Source: Antedon mediterranea
Taxonomy: Eukaryota; Animalia; Echinodermata
Assembly (NCBI RefSeq): GCF_964355755.1
Contig: NC_092675.1
Coordinates: 25,206,912 to 25,270,911 of the forward strand
Reading direction: 5' to 3'
Length of the DNA stretch: 64,000 bases
Shown here: positions 1-11,343 of the stretch, in pieces
How positions within the stretch are numbered: position 1 is the stretch's first letter
Layout: every line of letters begins with the position of its first letter
Made by a program: the position numbers and the translations under genes
The notes under the pieces: generated by a model
What the model saw: the letters and a program-made list of their open reading frames with translations, nothing else
What the model was told of the DNA's origin: nothing
The model's database searches: none

Positions 1-120
1 GGAAGAAACGACGACGACACAACAACACACACGGACGGCGGCGATGATGGTGTCAAAAACTAGCCTACGTACCTAGAGACTATCTGTACTGCGCATGGGC
101 ATGGGTGTAGCACGTGGTTA
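1..120. promoter_or_regulatory. CpG-rich patch, possible promoter/5' end of a neighbouring gene outside the window
   Basis: Local GC/CpG enrichment with TGCGCATG (NRF1-like) and CACGTG (E-box) motifs; no transcript evidence. Confidence 0.25.
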
Positions 121-1269
121 TGAGTGAATAGTCGATCGCGGTGGTGTAATCAAAAATAAATAAATCATTATTTAAATTTAGTGGCTTGCTGTACGTTTAT
201 TATTATTAATCGAATGTAAATATGTAATTAAAATAATCTGTTGTTTATACATGCACCCTACTAATTGTGTTGTAATTTTCACTTTTCACATTTTTATCCA
301 ATTATTAAAATAGATCAATAGCTGATTTTGTTATCCAATCCAGTCACATGATTAGAGTCCTAATGTAATGTTATGACCTAATTAACTACGATCATGTATT
401 AATTGTTTTTTTTTTTTCATTTTTATTTGATTTTTTACTTTAATTTGTGCATTTCAAATTGATATTGTTTACATTATTTGATTGATTGATTTATTTTTAT
501 TCATATGTCTACAGACTATTTTTTACTTGTGTTTTGCTAAGGTAGGCCTAACTTTATTTCACTCATTACACTGCTGTCTGTATGATTGTGGTAAGATCTG
601 ACCCTACCAGTTAATTGTGCCATAATTACATGTTATATAAACTTCGTCATCATTATTATCATCCATGTTAAATCATGTAGTCTAGTCACAGTGTAAGACC
701 GTATCATCTGATTTGGTGATAACACATAGATTAGGGCATTGTACATCCGAGTCATGATTTAATAAATAAAAGAAATATTATTAAAGTCGCATACTCATTA
801 AATTACTCACATGTGTTATGTGTGTAATGACGAATTGAGTCATAGATACGTATGTAAAAAAAATAAAACAAAAATACTATGTCGAAATTTCAATATATAC
901 GTATGTCGAAATTTCAACATTTTTCATTTATTTTTTATTTATTTATTTTTTTGTTTTGCTATGTCGAAATTTCGTGTGGCGAGATTAGGCTTTCGTCGTA
1001 CATACGTAGTTATAAACAAAGAGAGAAGTTAAGTACAATTAGGTCCTACTGCTTTTCGGGGTTTTCCTTAAATTAAACTATAAAACTGTAATAATAATAT
1101 CCAGTCAACGTTGTTCTTATTGTTCAACTGAGTTTTTTATAAATGTGCTTATCAGAACAATTTACCCAAAAATATCCAACACACTCAGACTGCAGAGTAG
1201 TCTCCCATGGAGTAGGCATAGGCCTAGGCTACTAGACCCAAAGATTGCACTGAAAATACCAATGGTATC

Positions 1270-1345
1270 TGACCAGTTTGCCGACTCCCAGTTTACCGAC
1301 TCCAGTTTTCCGACTCCAGTTTGCTGAATCTCAATTTGCCGACTT
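1270..1345 (+). repeat. Short tandem repeat (~15 bp unit CAGTTTNCCGACTC), probably subterminal repeats of a DNA transposon relic
   Basis: About 5 degenerate copies of cagtttgccgactc. Confidence 0.5.
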
Positions 1346-1564
1346 GCTATGTAAATAGTCGCACACGAAAAAACCCACATTGCCAAAAAAAAATAAAACT
1401 ATGGAAAATCGTACTTTAATTAATGGTTTATATTGCTTAAGATAACAAATTGTTCAATTTGTAAGTTTAATTATTTATAGGTTTATTTAGTATACCTGTA
1501 TATCAACATTGGTTCATAAAATTGTTGTTTTTTTCGACAGATACCTTATGACACTCACGTCAAT

Positions 1565-1584
1565 CATGGAGGTATGCCTCCATG
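1565..1584. mobile_element. Ultra-short palindromic insertion with 7-bp TSD (P-superfamily-like remnant)
   Basis: cgtcaat|CATGGAGGTATGCCTCCATG|cgtcaat. Confidence 0.65.
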
Positions 1585-1649
1585 CGTCAATCATAATGTT
1601 ACCGTATATGTTCAGTAATCAAATATCATGTCACGCTTGATTAGGTCCT

Positions 1650-1913
1650 GAACCCGGAAGTAGGTTAAGGTCGGTAAATAATAATAGTAAAATAACGATA
1701 GGACTGATAGTACAGACAGGCAGTGTTATAAAGTAAAGTTAGTTTCACACTGAATAAGTGTAATCAATTATTTAAAAAGCTGTTTGTTTATATTGATTAA
1801 ATGGATAACACAATCCATACAAAAAAACCGATGATACCAGCAGCTATTCAACGTTCAAAACAGTACTAATTGGAAGCCAATAGTTGTACCAGCTCTAGAT
1901 TAAAGTATAGTTG
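1650..1913 (+). promoter_or_regulatory. Candidate promoter and 5'UTR exon of the PP2C-like gene
   Basis: ETS-like CCGGAAGT at ~1654; strong donor TTG|GTAAGT at 1913/1914; only a short uORF (ATG 1801, TAA ending 1869). Confidence 0.35.
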
Positions 1914-1970
1914 GTAAGTATTATCATTCCTCCATGGTATTATGTTACATACTTAAGCGGTCTATGAGAA

Positions 1971-2000
1971 CACAGAGATATTATAGTGAACATCTCTATG
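1971..2000. mobile_element. Ultra-short palindromic insertion with 7-bp TSD (P-superfamily-like remnant)
   Basis: atgagaa|CACAGAGATATTATAGTGAACATCTCTATG|atgagaa; same family as 15844-15879. Confidence 0.65.
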
Positions 2001-2699
2001 ATGAGAATCATGTTTTTTATTTTACGTTCATGGATCATGATCGGTATTCTACATTTAATGGGTGACTATGAGAGCATTTTTCTGAATGTTGTTGAATGAG
2101 AACTTTACTTATGAGATTGAGAGTATTCAAAATATTTGTTTTTAAACATGACAGTTAGGCCTAGATCCCCCCGCATGAAATCGCCGTCAGATTTAGAGAA
2201 AACAATGAAACAGATTTACAAGAAACCAACAATATGAAAGTACTTTATGAGATTTGAAACACAGTAGGCGTTTTTGCATTATACTAGTTTAGGGATAATT
2301 CACGGGAAAACCATATTTCCTTGTTGTAATTAGCTAAATGTTAAGTACCGGGTGTTAATTTCTTTCCTAAAAAAAAAAAAAGAAGAAGAAGAAGAATCTA
2401 GCCTGTAAAAAATATAATAAAAATGTGATGCCTATACTTTCTCTTATCTATACACCTCATATCTAAGTACGTATAGCCCTAATTTAAATACAAGAGTGTC
2501 TGTATCGACCTTTGAAAGGATATTTATCTAAATTTGCGTCTGATAACAAGCATGTTATAGGCTAATGTTAAAAATACCCCAAAGTTTTAGGTACTAAACT
2601 AAAGTCTCATTCCCGATTGATTGCCTGAAAATAGACAATTGTCCATCCATTTAACATCTTTTTCCTCTGCAATCTAACTTTATCGGTCATACAAAATAT

Positions 2700-3130
2700 A
2701 AAGCTGATCACATCCATGCATTCATTCATAATCCATGATCGTTTTATTCATCATTATCCGATATACCATCATTTTTTTTCCTTTGTCTCCATTATTCATC
2801 ATCTCATCTTTTCGTTTTCGTCACCATCCATTCTACAGTCTTTCGTTCATTTCCTTCAAAAACCCGTCATTATTCAGTGCCATCAGTTCCTTTTCCATAT
2901 CATTTTCATCGTAAAACACTCCAAATCCATGATTCAAGCATCCTTTTACCATTTCACATCCGTCTCCATGTCTTTCATTTTCAATCTTGTCTATCGACTG
3001 CAGTAATAAAATGTAGACAGAGTGGGAAGAAATAAATGGATCCATACACCTTTCCTCCCCCACCCGTCGTCTGCATTATTACCGCAGTCGTTTTTATTTT
3101 CATCATTATCATTCAGCCATTCGACTTGCA
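2700..3130. repeat. Low-complexity CAT/TC-rich tract
   Basis: Degenerate tcatccat/cattatt repeats; explains the His/Phe/Ile-rich spurious ORFs. Confidence 0.5.
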
Positions 3131-3438
3131 ACTTCATTTTTTCTAAGGACAAAATTACAACTCCACTCTCAAAGACTTGTAACAAGACTTTGTTTATGTA
3201 GCATCTTGTGTATATGTTTGTCTTGTAAACCTGTCGGGGTCCCTATGCCTATGGATTACCCTCATTAGAATTGGTAAAAATCCTTTTAAATCCTACTCGA
3301 TCTTCTTGCAACTTTATTTACACCGTACCCACAACCTTATCAATCCGACTCGATCTTGCAACTTTATTTACACGTTGCTTGTGTATTCTTCATTTTAGAT
3401 ATTCAATATTTGAATAAAAAAAATTGTACGTGATTGGA

Positions 3439-3590
3439 ATGACAAATGTGTTTGACAGGCGTGCTTCGGCTACTTCGAATGCTCGGTCTTCTCCGAAATT
3501 AGTGAGTAGTCATGAGAATGGCCGAATGCGTCGATCGCAGTCGGTTGGTTACAGAAACTTTGCGCAAAACAGATTCTCAAAACTTGTAAG
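3439..3590 (+). CDS. PP2C-like domain-containing protein (CG9801 family), coding exon 1
   Basis: ATG 3439, MTNVFDRRASATSNARSSPKLVSSHENGRMRRSQSVGYRNFAQNRFSKLV; donor AG|GTAAAC, phase 2 matches the next exon. Confidence 0.7.
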
Positions 3591-3761
3591 GTAAACTATG
3601 ATTTATTTGTTTTTGTATACTTTTAGATATTTTTCATCATCATCATCATCATTACCAAATAAATTAACTAATTTTATACATTTGGTCCAATTTTGCCTCC
3701 ATTTTAATATCATTCCGATTAATGTTGCTCTTTCTTTCTATCGATATTTTATTTATTATAG

Positions 3762-3928
3762 AAAATTGTCTGTGATCACTTTCTCACCGGCCGTACTATC
3801 ACACAGAGGGAGTTTTCTCAATCTACCGTTTTACGACACCCATGCATTATCACCCAATATATTTGCAACGTATTCTGGTCCGGAGGGGGGTCTCACGAAT
3901 GCCCCTTGTGATCCTACTAATGAATCAG
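3762..3928 (+). CDS. PP2C-like domain-containing protein, coding exon 2
   Basis: Acceptor ttattatag, donor G|GTAAGA; RKLSVITFSP...FATYSGPEGGLTNAPCDPTNES; phases 2/1 consistent. Confidence 0.85.
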
Positions 3929-4515
3929 GTAAGATATTTTCATTTTTGACCAATCAAATAAAGATCTTGACGGGTGGGACAAGACAAAATAACGGAGGAA
4001 AGAAATATTCCGATTCCTATTATGTTCTCGTGAGAAATATAACACGAGAATATTAGGAAGTAGACACTTGTGTCGTGGTGGATCATTGAAAGAAAATGTT
4101 ATTTTAGTTTTTTTGTTTTTTTGCGCGGGCGGGGGAATAATGCTTAGGCCTATAATATAAACGAACTATTTTTTCTTTCGTTGAGGATGTGGAATAAAAG
4201 GGGAATTTTTTAATTTTTTAAATTTATAATTTATACCGCCTATCCATTATAATTATTAATTGTGTCCTGTTTTTGGACATCGAAATTATTATGTTTTTAT
4301 CGTTTCGTTTCATATTGATTGTTTTACCTGTTGTTGTTTGAATAATATTCGTATTTGTATTGGTTATTAAACTCTATCAATTACGGATGTAGCTTAAAAG
4401 TTAACAAAAAAACAGTACTTAGTAAAAATTGGGAGAGTAACGTTAATATAGTAAAGTTAAAAAATATAAGAATAATATTTAAGAATATCAAAAAATATTG
4501 TTTAAAAAAATACTG

Positions 4516-4587
4516 TGGAGATGCCGGGGATTGAACCCGGGGCCTCGCGCATGCGAAGCGCGCGCTCTACCACTGAGCTACATCCCC
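4516..4587 (-). tRNA. trnA-CGC: tRNA-Ala (anticodon CGC)
   Basis: Reverse complement GGGGATGTAGCTCAGTGGTAGAGCGCGCGCTTCGCATGCGCGAGGCCCCGGGTTCAATCCCCGGCATCTCCA folds as a full cloverleaf with intact A/B boxes and a G3:U70 pair; T7 Pol III terminator at 4504-4510. Confidence 0.97.
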
Positions 4588-4958
4588 AGTCGGAAGGAAA
4601 GACTTGTATAATTTGTCTATAAAGAAATATGAGGGCGCAATTTTTGTTTCGTGTCATTTTTTTAAATTCAGTCAAAGCGTGTGTCACGTCCGTGATCCAT
4701 CGTGTAATATTTTTGTTACTTTTTGCTTGTAAATTGTCTGATTTTGAAATTAACGGTTAATAGTCAATATTTGATTAATCGAAAACTTATTACTCTTTTT
4801 TGATATATAAGGGTTGTTGGAAATCTTGTCCACGTTCTAGACTAGGCCTAGCCTAGTCCTAGGCAATTTTCCTGCAAAGAGAATTTCCGATGGCGGAAGA
4901 GAAAGAAGCCTGTCTGTTGGACCTTCCATTGAAAAAAGAAGGAAGTGATCATTTTAGT

Positions 4959-4975
4959 TAGCGCCCTCTATAGTT
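4959..4975 (-). promoter_or_regulatory. CTCF-like motif
   Basis: AGCGCCCTCTATAG; the reverse complement CTATAGAGGGCGCT resembles the CTCF core. Confidence 0.3.
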
Positions 4976-5600
4976 ATAGAACATTAAATTCTCTCTTGAT
5001 GATGAATGGATGATGATATCCCCCCCCCCCCCCCCCCACACACACACACGGGCCCAAACTCACTAGCATCTAAACATACTACAGTATAATATTTTCTTCT
5101 TTTTTTTTTCATAATAAATTTAAGGTACAATACAATAATTAATTAAATATATATAAGGAGAAAGTGAAATTAATTGCTTTATTTTAATTAATTTAACTAG
5201 AAATGTATCCATCTCATCTGGATGTAGGTAGGAACTTAAACTTTAGTTAATGACACTGTCACGTTATGTATGTAACCGTTACTATTACACAATGTGCAAA
5301 ACACAAACGACTCGGACACGGGTACAAAAAAGAAGTATAAGAAATGGTTTATTGATGTTGCTCACCTTAAGGCTCTGACTGCGAATGGTCTTCCTGACCA
5401 TTTGCATTAATTTTAATCATGGGAACAAAGAAAATACACTTAATTACTAAAACAGGAATTAAAGCTACTATAACTGAGTAATGGCCAAAACAGATACCAA
5501 TGAACAAAATATTATAATGAATGGTACAAATCCTATAAACAAATAGTGGACCACGGTATTTCCAGATTACCCTATTCGGAGGACATCCATATTTAAGGGA

Positions 5601-5762
5601 ACACCTGCAGCTTTGTCACGGTTCTGGTCCGGCCAAGCAAAGCGAACATCAATGTTTCGTTTTCACATGGCTACGTGGATATCGATTGGTGCATGAGTGT
5701 GGAGCGTAATGAAAACGAAACATTCACGTTGATTTCCAGATCCGTGCAGGAACAGGTGTGAA
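5601..5762. mobile_element. Palindromic MITE relic
   Basis: Nested inverted repeats acacctg...caggtgt, cacggttctgg...ccagatccgtg and a perfect aatgtttcgttttca...tgaaaacgaaacatt. Confidence 0.55.
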
Positions 5763-5935
5763 AGATCTTTTAAGGGGTGCACTGCAAAACAAGGGGAATT
5801 TTTTTTTTTCATTACCATTTATGGCCAACCCCTGCTAAGGGAGACAAGAACACTTGTGTTGTGATTCAACCCCTATTAAGGGGACAATATTTTGGGTAAT
5901 ACTTTGATAATAATTAACATTGTTTATTCTTACAG

Positions 5936-6037
5936 CACTAAATACCAGAAAAACAGATTGGGATATTCATCATCGTCGAGCATATGGAACTGCAGTGTCA
6001 CTATATGAACGTAATCCAAAAGAACGTTGCAGAACAG
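5936..6037 (+). CDS. PP2C-like domain-containing protein, coding exon 3 (GC donor)
   Basis: Acceptor ttcttacag; ALNTRKTDWDIHHRRAYGTAVSLYERNPKERCRT; the frame is kept only with donor CAG|GCAAGT. Confidence 0.85.
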
Positions 6038-6753
6038 GCAAGTATTAATTCTATAGAATTATAATTCTATAATATATAAGTATAATCATAGCCTGTGGAT
6101 TGATCAAATTCCATCCAAAAACCCCCTTTTTTTTACTCCATTCCATCTTCAAATAATACAATTTTTACCATGTTTTGTTTTGTGATTTAAATATATTTTT
6201 ACAAATACTTTATGTTATGAGCACTACATTTTATTTGGACAAACAACATAGTAGAAAACAACATTAGTGGGTAAAACAACATTAGCAGTTAAGCCACTAC
6301 TACTACTAGGTTTTATGCAGTTGGTTTCTGTTTTGAAGATAGCATACTTACTGTATTATAAACTTAATTTAATTGAAGGACATAGTGTGTCTGTTTGTAG
6401 GCCTTAGGCAATGTAAACTTGAATATTTCCTACATGTTTGTGAGATCAATCAATCATCCAAAATGTAGCTTACCTTGACACAAGCAAGTCAATACCAAGC
6501 TTCCTGTTTTTTACAGTGGGGGAACATTATCGACCATTAACTCATCATTAAGCCTCTGCATTTAGCTGATGAACCATTGATGCTTTATTAAATGGGAAAT
6601 GATATGTGACCTAGGCCAAAACAAGCTACAGCAAAACATTAGTCATGTTAGAGTAGATAAATTAGAGTTGCTATTAACTACACTAGTATTTAAGTGACCT
6701 TTTCGATCTTTTCCTGGACCTAGAAACCCCCAATTCTGTGTTGAGGTGTATAA

Positions 6754-7862
6754 TACCCCTTTTACACTATCACCGTAACAGCGGTGTAACCCCGCAGTTG
6801 TTAGTACACCGGGCCGTTAAACGCCGGTTTTTATTGACTGGTGTAAATGGGAAAATCCAACCACCCGGTGTGCTCTCCCCGGGGTGAAACGAAGCTGAAT
6901 GTATTCCGGTGTACCTTTTCCGGTGTAGTCGAATATACACCGGAGACACGAAGTGTAAACGGTTTTTGTGGTTCAAACCCGAGCTGTTAAAGGTCATTGA
7001 CGTGAAAATGTAATATGTTGTCACAGAAATACAATATATTATGCAAACAAAATAGTTTTTTTTTGCTTAAAATACACCTTTTTTTGCTTAGAACAATAAT
7101 TGTACGATATAATGTGCTGTTCGTTATTTTCTTTTAAAGGCACAAACACATTTGTGACTTTTCTTTTCTGCTGAAAATATTGAAATTATTCGTGTGCATT
7201 CTACCTTACCAGAAAACCTAAACTAATTTGATATTGGTGTAACTCTACTCTGGCCGATTCTATGTAGGCCTAATATTGAAAAAGGGAAAATAAATAATAC
7301 TGACGTCTCAATGGATGAAAATGATATCTTTTTTAGGAACTGAAAAGGTACCATATAATAATTTTCCTTCATTGATACATTGTTATGCTAATTAACAAAT
7401 ACATTTTTTATTTTAAATACTTGCCGTACCCTACCCTATTTTTACGCCAACCTAACAATTTAAGGCCTATTTAATTTACGTACAGTCTATAAGGCGGAAA
7501 TGCAGTCATTTTAAAATGAAAAATAATAGTTAGGCCCTAATTTTTAAATAATAAATGATAATCTTAATAGCCACAAAGAAAATATAACACTGGACTACAT
7601 TCAAAATTAAATAAATTGTGTGTAAATTCGGATTATTATGTTTTTATATGAGATTTGTCGATATGTTCCAGTGTTTAAACGTTTAAACCATAGTCAGTTA
7701 AGTTCCACGTGTGCGCTTGCAATAGTGATTTGATTGACTGTACCATGTAGTGTAAATGGGCGCAACTCAAGTTCATTTCGCAGTTTTTTTGGCTAGTGAA
7801 AATGGAAATTGCCTCTGAGTTCAACTCGTGTTCCTCTCTTAGTCGATAGTGTAAAAAGGGTA
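6754..7862. mobile_element. Non-autonomous DNA transposon, PIF/Harbinger-like (~1.1 kb)
   Basis: TIRs TACCCCTTTTACACTATC ... GATAGTGTAAAAAGGGTA flanked by TAA/TTA; ACACCGG subterminal repeats. Confidence 0.75.
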
Positions 7863-8124
7863 TTACAAGGAATCATTTCCCAACTTTCCCACATGCACAC
7901 TACAATGAATTATAACCTGTATATTGCTGCAAATTGGATGCTTCCTATTCACCACCACATTCATTTACTAAATCCAGTTGTAATTCTATTTGTATAAAGA
8001 TTTCCCTGCCGGAGGATCAAATCTTTCCAGAAACATTTTAAACAAAAATGCAACTTACTTTTACAAACTTTTGCCTAGTATAATACAATTAAATTAATAT
8101 AAATACATTTTTTTTCCTACTTAG

Positions 8125-8315
8125 GTAGTCCAGTTGCTGATGTGTTTGCAATTCAAGCAACTGAGAATGGTGCGATTTTGGTTTTAGCAGATGGGGTGGG
8201 CTGGGGACCTAAATCCAGATTAGCTGCACAGTGTGCTGTCAGAGGATGTACTGAATATCTGCAAGCTCAGCTATTTGGTACTTGCCCTCCTAAAAATACT
8301 CATGAAGTGTTTAAG
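8125..8315 (+). CDS. PP2C-like domain-containing protein, coding exon 4
   Basis: GSPVADVFAIQ...LVLADGVGWGPKSRLAA; PP2C DG motif; AG/GT boundaries, phases 1/0. Confidence 0.93.
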
Positions 8316-8844
8316 GTATGTTTTGTATAGTTTTTGACTTCAGTTTAATGCATATTATAATTATTTATTTTTTTATGTTACAACTGTCTAATCTAAAGGC
8401 AAATGGCTGAAAAAATGACAAGGCAGTGGATGGATAATGGAAAAATAAATCAACTAAGCAAAAATGCGAAGCTTTCAGAATAAACAAGTCCTTTGTCAGG
8501 ATGCTCTGATTTTGACATGCATGCTGCCCTCTATTATACTTGGGTCACTTTTTTTTTATCTGACTAATGTAATACATTATGATAAAAACTTTAATTCACA
8601 TTTCTGAATGTTTCTGAAACATGATGAAATTCAAGCTTCCTGTTAAGATATATAGATAAGCACAGATATATGTCTCCCTAATTGCCTGTGGTCCTCCATA
8701 GGATAATATGTTTTGCTGGATTTTTTTCGGTTGTTTCTGTTAGCAGAAATTATCGAAACATTATGCCATTATGTCAACAAGAGATGTTGAACATATCTCA
8801 TTAACAATCTAGGTAATACACCTCAACCCTTCTTTGGTTTTTAG

Positions 8845-9034
8845 TTACTACGTACAAGTTTGGATCATGGACAGAGACTTATCTTGATTAGTGAATCTAC
8901 ATTAACAACAATCTGCATCGCCGTTGTTGTCCAGTTACAGAGGTGTGACCAGTATGTAGTCTGTGTAGTAAATGTTGGTGATAGCCTTGCTTATGTATAC
9001 AGCCATAAACATGGTGTACGAGAAATCACAACAG
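8845..9034 (+). CDS. PP2C-like domain-containing protein, coding exon 5
   Basis: LLRTSLDHGQ...TLTT...VVNVGDSLAYVYS...VREIT; PP2C NVGDS motif; phases 0/1. Confidence 0.93.
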
Positions 9035-9521
9035 GTAAATGTATACACAGACAATGATCTCCTTTTCCGCTGTTTTTTCTTACAATTTTACTGAGGTTCC
9101 TGTCACTTTGCTACCTGTTCTGTACAGTCTAGGTTTATATAACAAAACTATAATAATACATCTACAGGTATAGAAGAAATTGTCTAAACTGGCCCGTAAA
9201 AAATATAATTGATTGATTTTTAACCTAATCATTAGACTTTCGATTTGATTAGAAATTGACCATTTAACAATACTATTCTTCAAGTGTACACAACCGTACT
9301 ATAATAACATTTAATGTTTGAAACATTTAAAACATTATTTTTAGTATGTTGAAAGAAATAAGCAGAGCCATATTCATAATATTCTTCATTTATAATACTA
9401 AACATATTATTTTGTTTTCATGAAAAACATATGTCTGTCAAAAATGACATGACAGTGGTATGTATCTATTATTAATATACACATCATTCTAATTTATCCT
9501 TGCACTGTGTTAAACTTACAG

Positions 9522-10117
9522 GTTGTCGTGATTTACAGCATGATCGTGATTTGCGTGAATGTGGCGGTGCCCTCGGACCAGCTGTTGGTGAAGAAGCCGA
9601 CCTTGATAATCTGACCTTTTCACTTACCATGTCAGAACAGGATGATGTTGTTTTTCTCACAAGTGATGGTATTGCAGATAATTTTGATCCAGCCATCGCT
9701 TTAACAGCCAGAATATGTGATTTCAAATTCAAAAAACCCAAAGATTCTCTACCGCTAATACAGACAGCAGAAAGACATCCACTTTCGATAAATTCTATGA
9801 CAAAACTCTTGGAGAAATCTGCAGAGTATGAACCTGGAGAGGACACAGCTATGCAAGTTTGTGAGGTGTTTATTCAATATGTTGTAAAGCTAACCAATGA
9901 TTATAGAGACAATCTTGAAAGTTACCATAAGGCTGTAAACAATAATGATTTGACGAATGAACAAAGAGAAAAATTACAAGCTCTTCGCAAAGAAACAATT
10001 TATAACCTGCCCGGCAAGTTAGATCATGCATCTATAGTGGCGCTAACAGTTGGACATTGGAAGCATAAAGAAGGCGCTGTAGTAAACGGACAAGAAATGG
10101 AGGTTTATCCGCCATAA
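9522..10117 (+). CDS. PP2C-like domain-containing protein, coding exon 6 (terminal)
   Basis: RDLRECGGALG, FLTSDGIADNFD and PGKLDHASIV motifs; TAA ends at 10117; spliced CDS is 1398 nt. Confidence 0.95.
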
Positions 10118-10299
10118 GATATATTTCAGAGAATATTAATAGTTTCAGTTGCTTATCATTCAAACCATTGAAATTAGCCAATTCGATTTTACTTAAATGT
10201 GATTTTTGTTATGTTGCACATAACTAATTCCTGACATTGCTGAAAGATAGTTGGCTTTAGTTTCCTGTTAAGTAAACAATAATAAATATTACTTTCTTA

Positions 10300-10450
10300 A
10301 GCTCTGTCTACACTATAAAACTTTATGTGACAAAAAAATGTGATGTGGACATGATGATGTCATATCACTACCCTATTTGGATATATCACTACCATATTTG
10401 GGAACATCACACTTGTTTTGTCAAACTAGTTTAATAGTGTAGACAGAGCT
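10300..10450. mobile_element. PIF/Harbinger (Tourist-like) MITE, copy 1
   Basis: TIR AGCTCTGTCTACACTAT...ATAGTGTAGACAGAGCT with direct TTA TSD; second copy at 25023. Confidence 0.85.
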
Positions 10451-11208
10451 TTACACTCAACTCAATAAATGGTTAAGTAATGTACAGTATGTATACATAC
10501 ATACAAATACTATCTACATTAATGTGTGATAGTTTATCAAAAGTAAACTTACTGTATGTCTCAAGAGAGTTATATCCAGCTATCAGGTTGACTTCCTCAT
10601 TTGATGTGTTGACTTGCTATGTTGATCATCTGGAACCACAACATTCTTGTACACAAAACTTACATTTTAGCCTACTCTTAATAAAACTAGTTATATATTA
10701 TAGTATTTAATATAAAAATTGACCAATTAAACCCTGCATTATTCGATTCAGTATTGAGCTTATTGATATCTGCTGCAATTAGTTTTTTCTTTGAATTTTG
10801 CAATATAAGACTTAGTTGTGAGTTTCCTTCAATGTTGAGAATTAAGATAAGACTGATGCCATTTGCTTAACTACAAAACAAGTCTTGTTTTTGTTGATTG
10901 ATACAGATAGCATTGGCATCCATTTCTATGATCAATTTTTTCTCAAATATAACGTTTCAATTATCTTCACATAGTTTCTACTTTGTTAATCAGGAAATCA
11001 TTCCTTTTTCTCAGGTTAAATGTAATTTTTTTTTTGTTCAATTGAATTTTAGATATTCCAAAGATTTGCTGATTTGTACAAAGTATTTAATATAGGCCTA
11101 TAAATTTAATCATACATAAAGATGTACTCAAGAATTAGAAGCGTTTTCTATAGTAGATCAATGTCTGTATACTGTCTTAATACTAAAATACTATACAAAA
11201 TTTAAATA

Positions 11209-11343
11209 GTTCCCACTAATGTAGTAATGCTAGAGCGCACCGCAGGCCAGATGACCAATCTTAAGCGATAGATTGTTAGTCATTGGTCAACTTGCTTGCG
11301 TTGTGCTTGCGTCCTTGCATTGCATCCTAGTGGGAGCCAAGCT
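11209..11343. mobile_element. Degenerate palindromic MITE
   Basis: gttcccacta...tagtgggagc and tgaccaat...attggtca inverted repeats. Confidence 0.5.

Noticed and set aside
1801-1913. ATG-initiated frame reaching a phase-2 donor compatible with the acceptor at 3458, suggesting a coding first exon or readthrough
   Set aside because: In-frame TAA at 1867-1869 with no readthrough context; better read as a 5'UTR exon with a uORF
2716-3185. Overlapping ORFs of 64-96 aa
   Set aside because: Products of a low-complexity CAT/TC tract; no splice or domain support
4502-4687. 61-aa minus-strand ORF
   Set aside because: Translation through the tRNA gene
9484-9846. 120-aa antisense ORF
   Set aside because: Shadow of the PP2C-like terminal exon
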